From positions 1-37,877 of IMG/VR virus record IMGVR_UViG_3300043464_002002: a DNA stretch of 37,877 nt. The stretch is one strand, 5' to 3'. The notes beneath the pieces are model-generated. The model searched no databases. It was not told the origin of the DNA and saw only the letters and a list, made by a program, of their open reading frames with translations. Within the stretch, counting starts at the first letter, position 1, and every line of letters begins with the position of its first letter. This document shows positions 1-7,297 of this stretch, one piece after another. The position numbers and the translations under genes are program-made. The stretch is from a virus (lineage: Duplodnaviria; Caudoviricetes).

Positions 1-239
1 TCCCAGAGCTTGCAAACGGGTCCCAGACAAGCGATGACGTGCAGGTTGAGGAATCAGCTAAGTTATTTGTTCGCGGCTACTGTGAGAGCCTTGTAGAGGA
101 AGCCATAACTCTTCTGAATACCTGCATTGTTGAAGAGATCCAAAATGGGAAAACCCTGGAGTATCGATTCAGATCCGAGGATACAGCCCAGAGATTCAGC
201 CTCATCATGAAATTTCTGGTAGCTTTTCATGCGCGATAG
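1..239 (+). CDS. Hypothetical protein, 5'-truncated by window edge
   Basis: Frame of ORF 39..239 is open back to position 3 (PELANGSQTSDDVQVEE...); stop TAG at 237-239. Confidence 0.55.
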   Translation, partial: PELANGSQTSDDVQVEESAKLFVRGYCESLVEEAITLLNTCIVEEIQNGKTLEYRFRSEDTAQRFSLIMKFLVAFHAR

Positions 240-244
240 GCGCA

Positions 245-754
245 CCACCCCTTTATCCTTGGGTTAAGGGCTGGACTGCATTTGGCAGTCTGCTCTGAGC
301 CAAGTCGGATGTGTTTTAGGCTAACCTGTGCAAGTGGTAGGCATGTTGACCTACCAGACCCAGTTATTCGTTAAGCGGTACCCAAGGCCAGGTTGTCAGG
401 GTAGACAGCGCCTGGATTTCTAAACTTCTTAACGCTAACCGTGGCAGATCGTGAGGCTGCTCCCTGTCGCAATCGGGCTATGATTGCTTTAAGTCCTGCA
501 TGAATAGTCATGCATCTTGGCTCGCAAGAGATCGCACACACTCGCCCCTGGCTGCAAAAAGAATGCAGAACATTTGCGGTTGTGACTACAATTTCGCGTT
601 CCATTCCATTGCCCCTTCTGTTCAAGTGTTTACAATTGGTTCTTACAAACTAGGCTAAGACGCAAAGAGGGGGTCCACCCGATATGCTTTGCGATGGTTT
701 GTGATTTTTGGTACAAGGGGTAGTATTTTCAATTGAGAATGCTGCCCCTTTTTT
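245..754 (+). ncRNA. Candidate large structured non-coding RNA (~500 nt), class unknown
   Basis: No convincing CDS. Many stems: 268-295, 335-356, 388-415, 469-487, 497-514, 515-529, 552-568, 576-597, and 643-704 enclosing 661-693. Long-range pairs 257-264/380-387 and 369-375/428-434 form a pseudoknot. Ends in a terminator. Confidence 0.45.
715..754 (+). terminator. Rho-independent terminator
   Basis: 16-bp stem AAGGGGTAGTATTTTC/GAGAATGCTGCCCCTT with three G-U pairs (fixes + strand), AATT loop, T-run to 754. Confidence 0.8.
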
Positions 755-811
755 CATTCCCAGGCACATCTTATAAAACTCCTCGGACTTGATCTAGTGA
801 GACTGCAAAAA

Positions 812-1165
812 ATGACTGACAAAGCAACAGCCTTGGACGATGCCATGGAAATTCTGGAAGAGTCACTGACAGGGAATAGGGGGCCAGATCAGTTGGCCAT
901 CGCCCAGGAGGTTGTCCAGTGGGGTGCCTTGCTTCTCAGGAAAAACAGTGACTACGGGAGCAGCGTCTGGAGAAGTCCAATCCTTGCCCCCGACTGCGAT
1001 CCCGGTGTGGCAATCCGCGTCCGAATGTCAGACAAAATAAACCGGCTGGTTTCTTTGCTGGACAGGCCAGGCGAGGTGGCCGACGAGTCCTTTGACGACA
1101 CCCTCCGAGACCTTGGGGCCTATTGCTTGCTGGAGTTGGCGCGGCCAGACCGACAGGGTCACTGA
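812..1165 (+). CDS. DUF1599 / nucleotide-modification-associated domain 1 (Nmad1) protein
   Basis: Motifs LLRKNSDYGSS, IRVRMSDKINRL, DESFDDTLRDLGAY typical of this alpha-helical family. ATG 812 preferred over GTG 797. Confidence 0.8.
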   Translation: MTDKATALDDAMEILEESLTGNRGPDQLAIAQEVVQWGALLLRKNSDYGSSVWRSPILAPDCDPGVAIRVRMSDKINRLVSLLDRPGEVADESFDDTLRDLGAYCLLELARPDRQGH

Positions 1166-1181
1166 CAGGGTCACTGACAGG
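1152..1181. repeat. 12-bp tandem repeat (GACAGGGTCACT x2.5) across the stop codon of the Nmad1 gene
   Basis: Read directly: GACAGGGTCACT GACAGGGTCACT GACAGG. Confidence 0.85.
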
Positions 1182-1254
1182 CCGGCATTCCGGCTGAGTT
1201 CCCTTTCTTCTTTTTTCAAAGGGGGCTGTTCCCCTGGTGCCGCTACGGAAAACC

Positions 1255-1285
1255 TGTCGCAATTCGGCTATGATTGCGTTCTATA
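1255..1285 (+). promoter_or_regulatory. Bipartite promoter motif TGTC-N17-GCGTTCTATA (copy 1)
   Basis: TGTC 1255, GCGTTCTATA 1276; same 21-nt offset in five intergenic copies. Confidence 0.7.
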
Positions 1286-1326
1286 CTTCAGGTGGTTTCT
1301 GTTCCCAAAGTAATGGAGTTTGTTCT

Positions 1327-1572
1327 ATGGTGGAGATGGCGTATGGAGAGAATGAAAAAGTAGTCGCAAAGGGCGATACTTCTTTAACAAACCCCTGGAT
1401 GGATGGCCTGACATTCCAAGAGTGGTCCGATGCTACCGATGCCATGGAGCAGTCGGCCTACATCAACGGGTGGAAGGCAGGCCGCGGCGAGGCACAAATC
1501 GTCGGTTCTGGTTGGTTCTGTTTGGTTTGTTTTGTGGGTGGCTTGGTGGTTGGGCTCTTGTACCCACGATAA
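1327..1572 (+). CDS. Small hypothetical protein with C-terminal transmembrane segment
   Basis: GGAG upstream of ATG 1327, downstream of promoter motif; hydrophobic end WFCLVCFVGGLVVGLLY. Confidence 0.6.
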   Translation: MVEMAYGENEKVVAKGDTSLTNPWMDGLTFQEWSDATDAMEQSAYINGWKAGRGEAQIVGSGWFCLVCFVGGLVVGLLYPR

Positions 1573-1590
1573 AAAACACACTGAAAATCT

Positions 1591-1621
1591 TGTCATGTTC
1601 TGCCATTCTTTGCGTTCTATA
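1591..1621 (+). promoter_or_regulatory. Bipartite promoter motif (copy 2)
   Basis: TGTC 1591, GCGTTCTATA 1612, upstream of AAA ATPase. Confidence 0.7.
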
Positions 1622-1669
1622 GGGGTGGCAAGGTTGCAAACAGCAACAACAAACAAGGGTGAATCAGTG

Positions 1670-3190
1670 ATGCAAGAAAAAAAGATCGAAGACAAAATAC
1701 TCAAGGCCTGGAAATGCGGCGTGCCGATCGTGGCAGTGGAGACCAAAGACCCAGGCGACTTTGCCACAAGCTTGTTCATGCACTTGCAGGTAGAGTTCAA
1801 CAAGCAGAAGTCAGAGGCTGAAAAAATTGCCTTTGTGTGTTGGGATTGCTCCAAGGGTGTGAGCATGATTCACGACAACCCGATCAGCAAAGCAGCTATC
1901 TCTAGTCTTGGTGATGTGGACATGCTTGCCGATCTTCATTCCTTCTTGGTTGCAGCCGACAAAAGCCAACAGTCAAGGGTGATGTTCATTGTCCACAACA
2001 TCCAATTCTTCTTGAGTTCCCCTGGCGTAGTTCAAGCCATCTACAATTGCCGCGACGGGTTCAAAACTCAGCAAAAGACATTGGTCCTTCTAGGGGGAGG
2101 TTTTGTTCTCCCACCGGAATTGCAAAATGATGTGATTGTGTTTGATCAACCGCTACCAACTGAGCAAGAGCTTGAGCAAGTGATCAGTGGTGTTGCTCAG
2201 GCAAGTGAGATCCAAGTGGACACAGGGACATTGCAAGCAGCCGGCAAGGCATCGGTTGGAGTGACAGCCTTTGCAGCTGAGAACCTTTCCTCACTGGCAT
2301 TATCCAAAGCCGGTCTGGATGTTGATGAGCTGTGGCGATCCAAAGCCAGAAAGATCAATGAGACGCCGGGTTTGGCAGTGGCATCCTCTGGGAGCTTTGA
2401 ATCGATCGGTGGGGTGTCAACAGCCAAGCAGTTCTTTCGGTCAGTTTTGTCGGGAAGATCAAAGCCTAACGCGATTGTCTGGATCGATGAGATTGAGAAG
2501 GCGATGGCTGGCGTCTCTGGAGACCAAAGCGGTGTGTCTCAAGATCAATTGATGCAGCTTCTGACCTGGATGCAAGAGAAGCGAGCCAGAGGTGCAATCC
2601 TTAATGGCCCTCCCGGCGCGGCCAAAAGTGCTTTTGCCAAGGCAGCAGGGACGGAGTTCAACATCCCAACAATTCAGTTAGACCTTGGTGGCGCTAAAGG
2701 TCCTCACGTTGGTGATTCCGAGAAGATGATCCGAGATGCCCTAAAGGTGATTGATGCAGTGAGTGATGGCAACACACTTTGGCTTGCAACCTGCAACTCC
2801 ATGGGTGTTCTTCCTCCAGAGCTACGCCGAAGGTTCAAGCTTGGTGTGTGGTTCTTTGACCTTCCAGACCTTCAAGAGCGAAGATTGATTTGGGAGATTT
2901 ACATGAAGCGATACTCCCTTAATGAAAGCTTTGAGCCATTGCTTGGCAAGGAGTGGACAGGGGCAGAGATAGAGACTTGCTGTGAGCTGGCTTACGACTT
3001 AAATGTGACTTTGCTAGAGGCAGCCACGTACATCGTTCCGGTGATGCAACACTCACGGACAGTGATCGAAGGGTTGAGAGAGTCAGCAGCTGGGAAGTTC
3101 CTGTCTGCAAGTTACAGTGGAACGTACACAGTGCCTGGTACTGTGTCGAGTATTTCAGTTGCGGTGAAAGCAAGAAAGAGAGTGGAGTAG
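1670..3190 (+). CDS. Ycf46-like AAA+ ATPase with Walker B preceding Walker A
   Basis: IVWIDEIEK at ~2474-2500, GPPGAAKS at 2606-2629, VGDSEK, ATCN sensor, LPPELRRRF, WTGAEIE. Start moved to ATG 1670, downstream of the promoter. Confidence 0.85.
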   Translation: MQEKKIEDKILKAWKCGVPIVAVETKDPGDFATSLFMHLQVEFNKQKSEAEKIAFVCWDCSKGVSMIHDNPISKAAISSLGDVDMLADLHSFLVAADKSQQSRVMFIVHNIQFFLSSPGVVQAIYNCRDGFKTQQKTLVLLGGGFVLPPELQNDVIVFDQPLPTEQELEQVISGVAQASEIQVDTGTLQAAGKASVGVTAFAAENLSSLALSKAGLDVDELWRSKARKINETPGLAVASSGSFESIGGVSTAKQFFRSVLSGRSKPNAIVWIDEIEKAMAGVSGDQSGVSQDQLMQLLTWMQEKRARGAILNGPPGAAKSAFAKAAGTEFNIPTIQLDLGGAKGPHVGDSEKMIRDALKVIDAVSDGNTLWLATCNSMGVLPPELRRRFKLGVWFFDLPDLQERRLIWEIYMKRYSLNESFEPLLGKEWTGAEIETCCELAYDLNVTLLEAATYIVPVMQHSRTVIEGLRESAAGKFLSASYSGTYTVPGTVSSISVAVKARKRVE

Positions 3191-4087
3191 ATGTTAGGTG
3201 ATTCATTAAAGAAAGAGACCACAGGTTGCAAGCTGGAAGTGGCTTCAACATCCTCCAGCAGGAAGATGACCTCGGAGCAACGGGTGAAGGTGGCAAACTT
3301 GTTCGATGCTGAAGTCAACTCAGTGTTGGCTTCCAGGGAGGTTATCAACAAGAAGCTCCCAGTGGTGAGAAATGTGTACAAAGTGATCAGCGCGGCCAGA
3401 GCTTATTGGAAGGCCTACACCATCAAATACGAGGATGGTGTCCGTTTGATCAGGACCAACCGAGTCACCGAGATGAGCAAGCGCATGGAAGCTTTTCAGG
3501 TGGACTTGCAAGCAGCCAAGCAAGAGCTGAAGGAAAATTGGGACAAGGTTGCTGAGGATGCCAAGAAGCGTCTAGTTGACCTCTATGTCGAGAGCGACTA
3601 CCTCTTTGACCCAATGGATGCTTTTTGGTTGACAGTCAGCTATCCGGCCATTGAGCCAGATGAGAGGATCAAGCAACTAGCCCCAGACCTATATGCAGCT
3701 GAGAAGAAACGAATTGAGGCGAAGTTCGAAGATGCTGCTTGCTTGGCTGAGGAAGCGTTGAGAAAAGAGTTTCAGACTCTGATCAACTCCATGGTGGACA
3801 AGCTCAGCGAAGCGACCGATGAGAATGGCAAGAAGAAGATTCTCAAGGAATCAGCCTTGGATGGAATGGTGAGCTTTGCTGAGAGATTCAAAGCCATCTC
3901 TGTGAGTAATGACAATGAGTTGGATGCCATGGTGGAACAAGTCAGAGCGCTGGCTGGAGATGTGACCCTCAAGGACCTGAAGAGCAATGCTGGCAAGAAG
4001 GCGGAGTTTGCAACTGCCATGGAGGCGATCAAACTTTCCATGGAAAACCTAATAACCTCGAAGCCTGTTCGGAAGTTCGAGCTGTAG
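3191..4087 (+). CDS. DUF3150-like helical protein
   Basis: 298-aa ORF abutting the AAA gene; Y..DGVRLIR and RLVDLY..SDY pattern recalled from proteins that accompany this ATPase; family call tentative. Confidence 0.6.
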   Translation: MLGDSLKKETTGCKLEVASTSSSRKMTSEQRVKVANLFDAEVNSVLASREVINKKLPVVRNVYKVISAARAYWKAYTIKYEDGVRLIRTNRVTEMSKRMEAFQVDLQAAKQELKENWDKVAEDAKKRLVDLYVESDYLFDPMDAFWLTVSYPAIEPDERIKQLAPDLYAAEKKRIEAKFEDAACLAEEALRKEFQTLINSMVDKLSEATDENGKKKILKESALDGMVSFAERFKAISVSNDNELDAMVEQVRALAGDVTLKDLKSNAGKKAEFATAMEAIKLSMENLITSKPVRKFEL

Positions 4088-4090
4088 TTG

Positions 4091-4100
4091 GCGTTCTATA
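4091..4100 (+). promoter_or_regulatory. GCGTTCTATA promoter element (copy 3, upstream TGTC box not conserved)
   Basis: Exact 10-mer in intergenic gap before ATG 4140. Confidence 0.6.
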
Positions 4101-4139
4101 CAGTATTCAGCAACAACCACGCAACAACCAGAAAAAAGC

Positions 4140-4637
4140 ATGAGTCACATCGCAACCGTTACAGTACAAGTCAAAGACCTCAAAGCTCTAGCCTCAGCCT
4201 GCGAGCGCCTTGGGTTGGAGTTCATAGAGGGACAGACAACCTTCAAGTGGTTTGGTCAGTGGGTTGGTGACTACAATGGGGATGATGCAGCTTTCAAAGA
4301 GCTTGGCATTGACCCAAAAACCTATGGCACATGCCTCCACGCAATCCGAGTCAAAGGTGCTGCCGACCATGTGTACGAGATCGGAGTGATTAAGCATCCT
4401 AACAGAGAGGGCTATGCTTTGCTGTGGGATTTCTGGAATGGTGGCTGTGGGTTGATGAAGCACGTTGCTGCCGTGGAGGACAAGGAGAAAAAGGGCATTG
4501 GAAAGCTGATGCAGATGTATGGCCTAGAGGCAGCCAAGCGCAGCCTTGCCAAGCAAGGGATGGCATGTGTGGAAAAGGTTCTGGAGAATGGTGCAATCAA
4601 GTTGGTTGCCAATGTTATGTCAAAAATAAAAAGATAG
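4140..4637 (+). CDS. DUF1257 (Ycf35-like) protein
   Basis: N-terminus MSHIATVTVQVKDLKALASACERLG, then YEIGV, LLWDFW, LMQMY are characteristic. Confidence 0.8.
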   Translation: MSHIATVTVQVKDLKALASACERLGLEFIEGQTTFKWFGQWVGDYNGDDAAFKELGIDPKTYGTCLHAIRVKGAADHVYEIGVIKHPNREGYALLWDFWNGGCGLMKHVAAVEDKEKKGIGKLMQMYGLEAAKRSLAKQGMACVEKVLENGAIKLVANVMSKIKR

Positions 4638-4641
4638 GAAA

Positions 4642-4953
4642 GTGAAAATGCAACAGTGGCCAGAAGAGGAGCAGTTGACGTTGTTGATTGCAAGAAAGCA
4701 TGAGCTGAAGCTTGTGGTTGATCAGATAAGCAGGATTCGGGTATGGTTTGGCAAGAACGATGAAAAGCTTGGATGTGACATTGGGAATCTTGATGCCAGC
4801 TTGGAAGATGCCATCAATGAGATTGAAGATGCCATTTGGTCAATTGATGAAGAGATTGATAACTTGGAAGAATTGCTTGAGATTGATGATGAATCGCTTG
4901 AGAAAGAATTCAATCTAGAAGTGCCAGAGGTGAGAGATGACCCAGCAGATTGA
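4642..4953 (+). CDS. Acidic coiled-coil hypothetical protein
   Basis: Fills gap in operon; very D/E-rich heptad-like C-terminus. Start may be ATG 4648. Confidence 0.6.
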   Translation: MKMQQWPEEEQLTLLIARKHELKLVVDQISRIRVWFGKNDEKLGCDIGNLDASLEDAINEIEDAIWSIDEEIDNLEELLEIDDESLEKEFNLEVPEVRDDPAD

Positions 4954-5119
4954 AGTCACAGTCAGCGTCGATGGCGATGTGCAAGTTGCAGTCAAGGGTG
5001 TGTGTGGCACTGGCTGTGCAGATCTGACAAAGAGTCTGGAGCAAGACCTTGGCCTGGTTGTCAGTGACAAGCCCACTCCAGAAATGTTTCAGCAAGAAAA
5101 GATCAAGAGGACAATATGA
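4937..5119 (+). CDS. DUF2997 protein
   Basis: IEVTVSVDGDVQVAVKGVCGTGCADLTKSLEQDLG...PTPEMFQQ matches the family pattern; GAGG upstream. Confidence 0.8.
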   Translation: MTQQIEVTVSVDGDVQVAVKGVCGTGCADLTKSLEQDLGLVVSDKPTPEMFQQEKIKRTI

Positions 5120-5520
5120 ACGGCATGGACAAGGTTTCAGTGAAATTTGATATTGTAACGCTACTTAAAAAGCTGGCGGAATTCGAAGAGGCCTGCCCTC
5201 TAGTACCAAAACAATTAGAACATGAGCCACCGGCTGCTAGGGCGTTGAATCGCCGGGCGAGGCTCAGGAGTGCTCAGGGTCAGAAGGATCATGCCTGGGA
5301 GGACTTTGGCCCAGTTACCTTCATGGAGGCTGCCAAGGCCTATTGCCAAGCCTTTGCTGGCCCATTGATGGAGTCTGGAGACATAGAGCCAGGCAAGCCT
5401 TTCTTTGTTCAGGTCTCAGAGCTTGATGAGCACAAGAATGGCCATGTACCCTCGTGCATTTTCATGATGCAGGAACGGGTCGAGTACGACATTGTCAACC
5501 CAAGGCTTGGGTCAGATTAA
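5116..5520 (+). CDS. Hypothetical protein
   Basis: ATGA overlap with upstream gene, GAGGA RBS. Confidence 0.65.
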   Translation: MNGMDKVSVKFDIVTLLKKLAEFEEACPLVPKQLEHEPPAARALNRRARLRSAQGQKDHAWEDFGPVTFMEAAKAYCQAFAGPLMESGDIEPGKPFFVQVSELDEHKNGHVPSCIFMMQERVEYDIVNPRLGSD

Positions 5521-5532
5521 GTGTGGATTTTT

Positions 5533-5563
5533 TGTCTAGAAATAGCCAAGCTTGCGTTCTGTA
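5533..5563 (+). promoter_or_regulatory. Bipartite promoter motif (copy 4)
   Basis: TGTCTAG 5533, GCGTTCTGTA 5554. Confidence 0.7.
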
Positions 5564-5609
5564 GCAGTAGGAGCTACGGCACTGTAAGACTCAACACTAG
5601 GAGAAAGCC

Positions 5610-5867
5610 ATGATTTTGTTTTCAACAACAGGCGATGCTATGTTCCTCTACGACGATGAGCTTCAGGTTTTGTTGTCTATGGGGGAGGCCAGCATTGAAA
5701 GAGCAAGTCATGTTGAGCCAGAGGGTCTTCAGTGGGTGGCAGATATGAATCCCATTGGTGGACCAAAGAGCAAGCCATTTGCAACACGCGATGAGGCGTT
5801 GCAGTGGGAACGGGATTGGGTTTGGAGTAATCACTTTGAAAGGGCAGGAAATAATGGCAAACTTTGA
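5610..5867 (+). CDS. Conserved small hypothetical protein (RASHVEP motif)
   Basis: AGGAG RBS; IERASHVEP...WVADMNPIGGP...PF..RDEAL pattern, recalled from planctomycete AAA/DUF1257/DUF2997 clusters. Confidence 0.75.
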   Translation: MILFSTTGDAMFLYDDELQVLLSMGEASIERASHVEPEGLQWVADMNPIGGPKSKPFATRDEALQWERDWVWSNHFERAGNNGKL

Positions 5868-6075
5868 AATAAAGCCAGAGACCGGGACGTTGTTCAAAAA
5901 TGACAGAAAGAGCAGTCCGACGCATGCCGACATGAACGGTGAATGCGTGATTGACGGCAAGACGTACTACATGAATGCTTGGTGCAACAAAACCAAGCGA
6001 GGCACTGAGTACTTGTCTGTTAAGTTCAAGCTCAAGGGAGATCGGCAGGTAGAAGGACAAAAAGACCCATTCTAG
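5854..6075 (+). CDS. Small DUF736-like phage protein (putative ssDNA-binding)
   Basis: GTLFKNDRK...G..VIDGKTYYMNAW.....GTEYLSV and a C-terminal DPF tail; AGGA RBS. Confidence 0.7.
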   Translation: MANFEIKPETGTLFKNDRKSSPTHADMNGECVIDGKTYYMNAWCNKTKRGTEYLSVKFKLKGDRQVEGQKDPF

Positions 6076-6077
6076 AG

Positions 6078-6260
6078 GTGGATGTGAAAGAGAATAAGAA
6101 AGACAGAACAGTCGAGCCATCGAGGGCAGTGAACAAGCATCATCCTCGTGGAGCGGCTGCCCATGCCAAGCGTTGTCCCTGCGGGGCCTACGTGTACAAG
6201 TTTGTTGATGGTGTTTGTTTAGCATGCGATTTGAGACGAAGGAAGAAGACAGATGAGTGA
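6078..6260 (+). CDS. Small Cys-rich basic hypothetical protein
   Basis: CPCG...CLAC; fits the operon; short. Confidence 0.45.
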   Translation: MDVKENKKDRTVEPSRAVNKHHPRGAAAHAKRCPCGAYVYKFVDGVCLACDLRRRKKTDE

Positions 6261-6729
6261 AGAAGTAACAAAAGAAGAAGCGGCAGAAGTGGCGGCTGAG
6301 TTTCAGGAGTCCAATCCAGAGCCAGTCAATTTGAACTTGGTGACCAAGACAACAAGGTTGACCTACAAGCAGACCCATGAGTTGGTTGTCTATTGTGCTC
6401 AGTTAGCAGAGCAGACCCAGGAGACTTGGGTTGCTTTGGCAGATGATGCCACAGAGAAGCTTGGATTCAAGGTGACCGTGTACTCTCTAAAGATGGCTTT
6501 GGAGGCAGCCGGGAGGAACGTGGATGGAATGCTCAAGCCTTCTACTGATGAAGTTGCTCCTGATATCAAGGAGCTGCAAACACTGTGTTGGACGGCGATC
6601 AAGTCAATACGGGTATTTGAAGAAAGCTTCGAATCCCTCTCCAGGTGCACTGATTCGATTATATCGCGAGTGGTAGTTCTAGAAAAAGCAGTCTCTGAGC
6701 TGCAAGAAAAGGTCGGTATTCCGTTCTAG
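6253..6729 (+). CDS. Hypothetical protein
   Basis: 158-aa ORF, AAGGA upstream, C-terminal coiled-coil tendency. Confidence 0.7.
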   Translation: MSEEVTKEEAAEVAAEFQESNPEPVNLNLVTKTTRLTYKQTHELVVYCAQLAEQTQETWVALADDATEKLGFKVTVYSLKMALEAAGRNVDGMLKPSTDEVAPDIKELQTLCWTAIKSIRVFEESFESLSRCTDSIISRVVVLEKAVSELQEKVGIPF

Positions 6730-6735
6730 TATGAA

Positions 6736-6826
6736 GTTCAACGCTACCGTTCATCCAGCCCCCGCGATGAACGTAACCATTTCAAAAGACCGTTGACGGG
6801 GGCTTGGATGCAACGGTTTGTTCGTA
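6736..6826 (+). mobile_element. Integron attC-like recombination site
   Basis: R'' GTTCAAC (RYYYAAC) 6736-6742. Arms ACCGTT-CATCCA-GCCCCCG (6746-6764) and CGGGGGC-T-TGGATG-C-AACGGT (6797-6817) pair with two unpaired bases (6804, 6811). GTT core at 6820. Confidence 0.75.
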
Positions 6827-7271
6827 TGCGAATCGAGGATAGACATGACAATTACAGAGATACAGCAGGCATCCATCGTGGACGATTTCGTGAAAATGAT
6901 GAAGTGGAGCGACGACACACCGGAAGATGTTCGATCATTGGTCGTTATGAATCTTCGTGGGTTCTGGCAGTGGATGCACAGCGATTCAATGGAGGGTTGC
7001 CAATCGGCTCTGGATCAGGCGTTTGATGCAAGGTTCCGTCAAGGCGTCACAATTCGCGGGATTCCGGTTTGGGTGTGCGCAGAGGATTTCACCGGCGATA
7101 GATCGGTCGGACAGTCGTGGGGGCCGGAGCAGATTTGGGCGATTCGGCGAGACGATGGAACGATGTTCGAGTTGACGCCAGAGGAGCACGAACATTGGTT
7201 TGGAGTGGCAGCGGAAAGCGTACCGGAGTTTCCAGACGATCCAGAGTGGTGATCGTCATACGAACTATTTG
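6821..7271 (+). mobile_element. Integron-type gene cassette with internally deleted attC
   Basis: Ends are complementary: GTTCGTATG 6820-6828 and CATACGAAC 7257-7265. Then only TATTT before GTTGAAG 7271-7277. One promoterless ORF inside. Confidence 0.65.
6845..7252 (+). CDS. Cassette-borne hypothetical protein
   Basis: GAGGA RBS before ATG 6845; stop 4 nt before the R''-like site. Confidence 0.7.
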   Translation: MTITEIQQASIVDDFVKMMKWSDDTPEDVRSLVVMNLRGFWQWMHSDSMEGCQSALDQAFDARFRQGVTIRGIPVWVCAEDFTGDRSVGQSWGPEQIWAIRRDDGTMFELTPEEHEHWFGVAAESVPEFPDDPEW

Positions 7272-7297
7272 TTGAAGACAAACAACAGGAGATAGGT

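Noticed and set aside
371-625. 84-aa minus-strand ORF
   Set aside because: TTG start, no recognisable motif, against the genome's orientation, and lies in a region better explained by + strand RNA structure.
245-754. Group I intron, tmRNA or RNase P identity for the structured region
   Set aside because: GACTACA (584-590) resembles a group I R element but no matching S element follows. No tRNA-like ends or RNase P GAGGAAAGTCC signature.
1430-1669. N-terminal 80-aa extension of the AAA ORF
   Set aside because: Overlaps the upstream gene and spans the promoter motif; ATG 1670 is more plausible.
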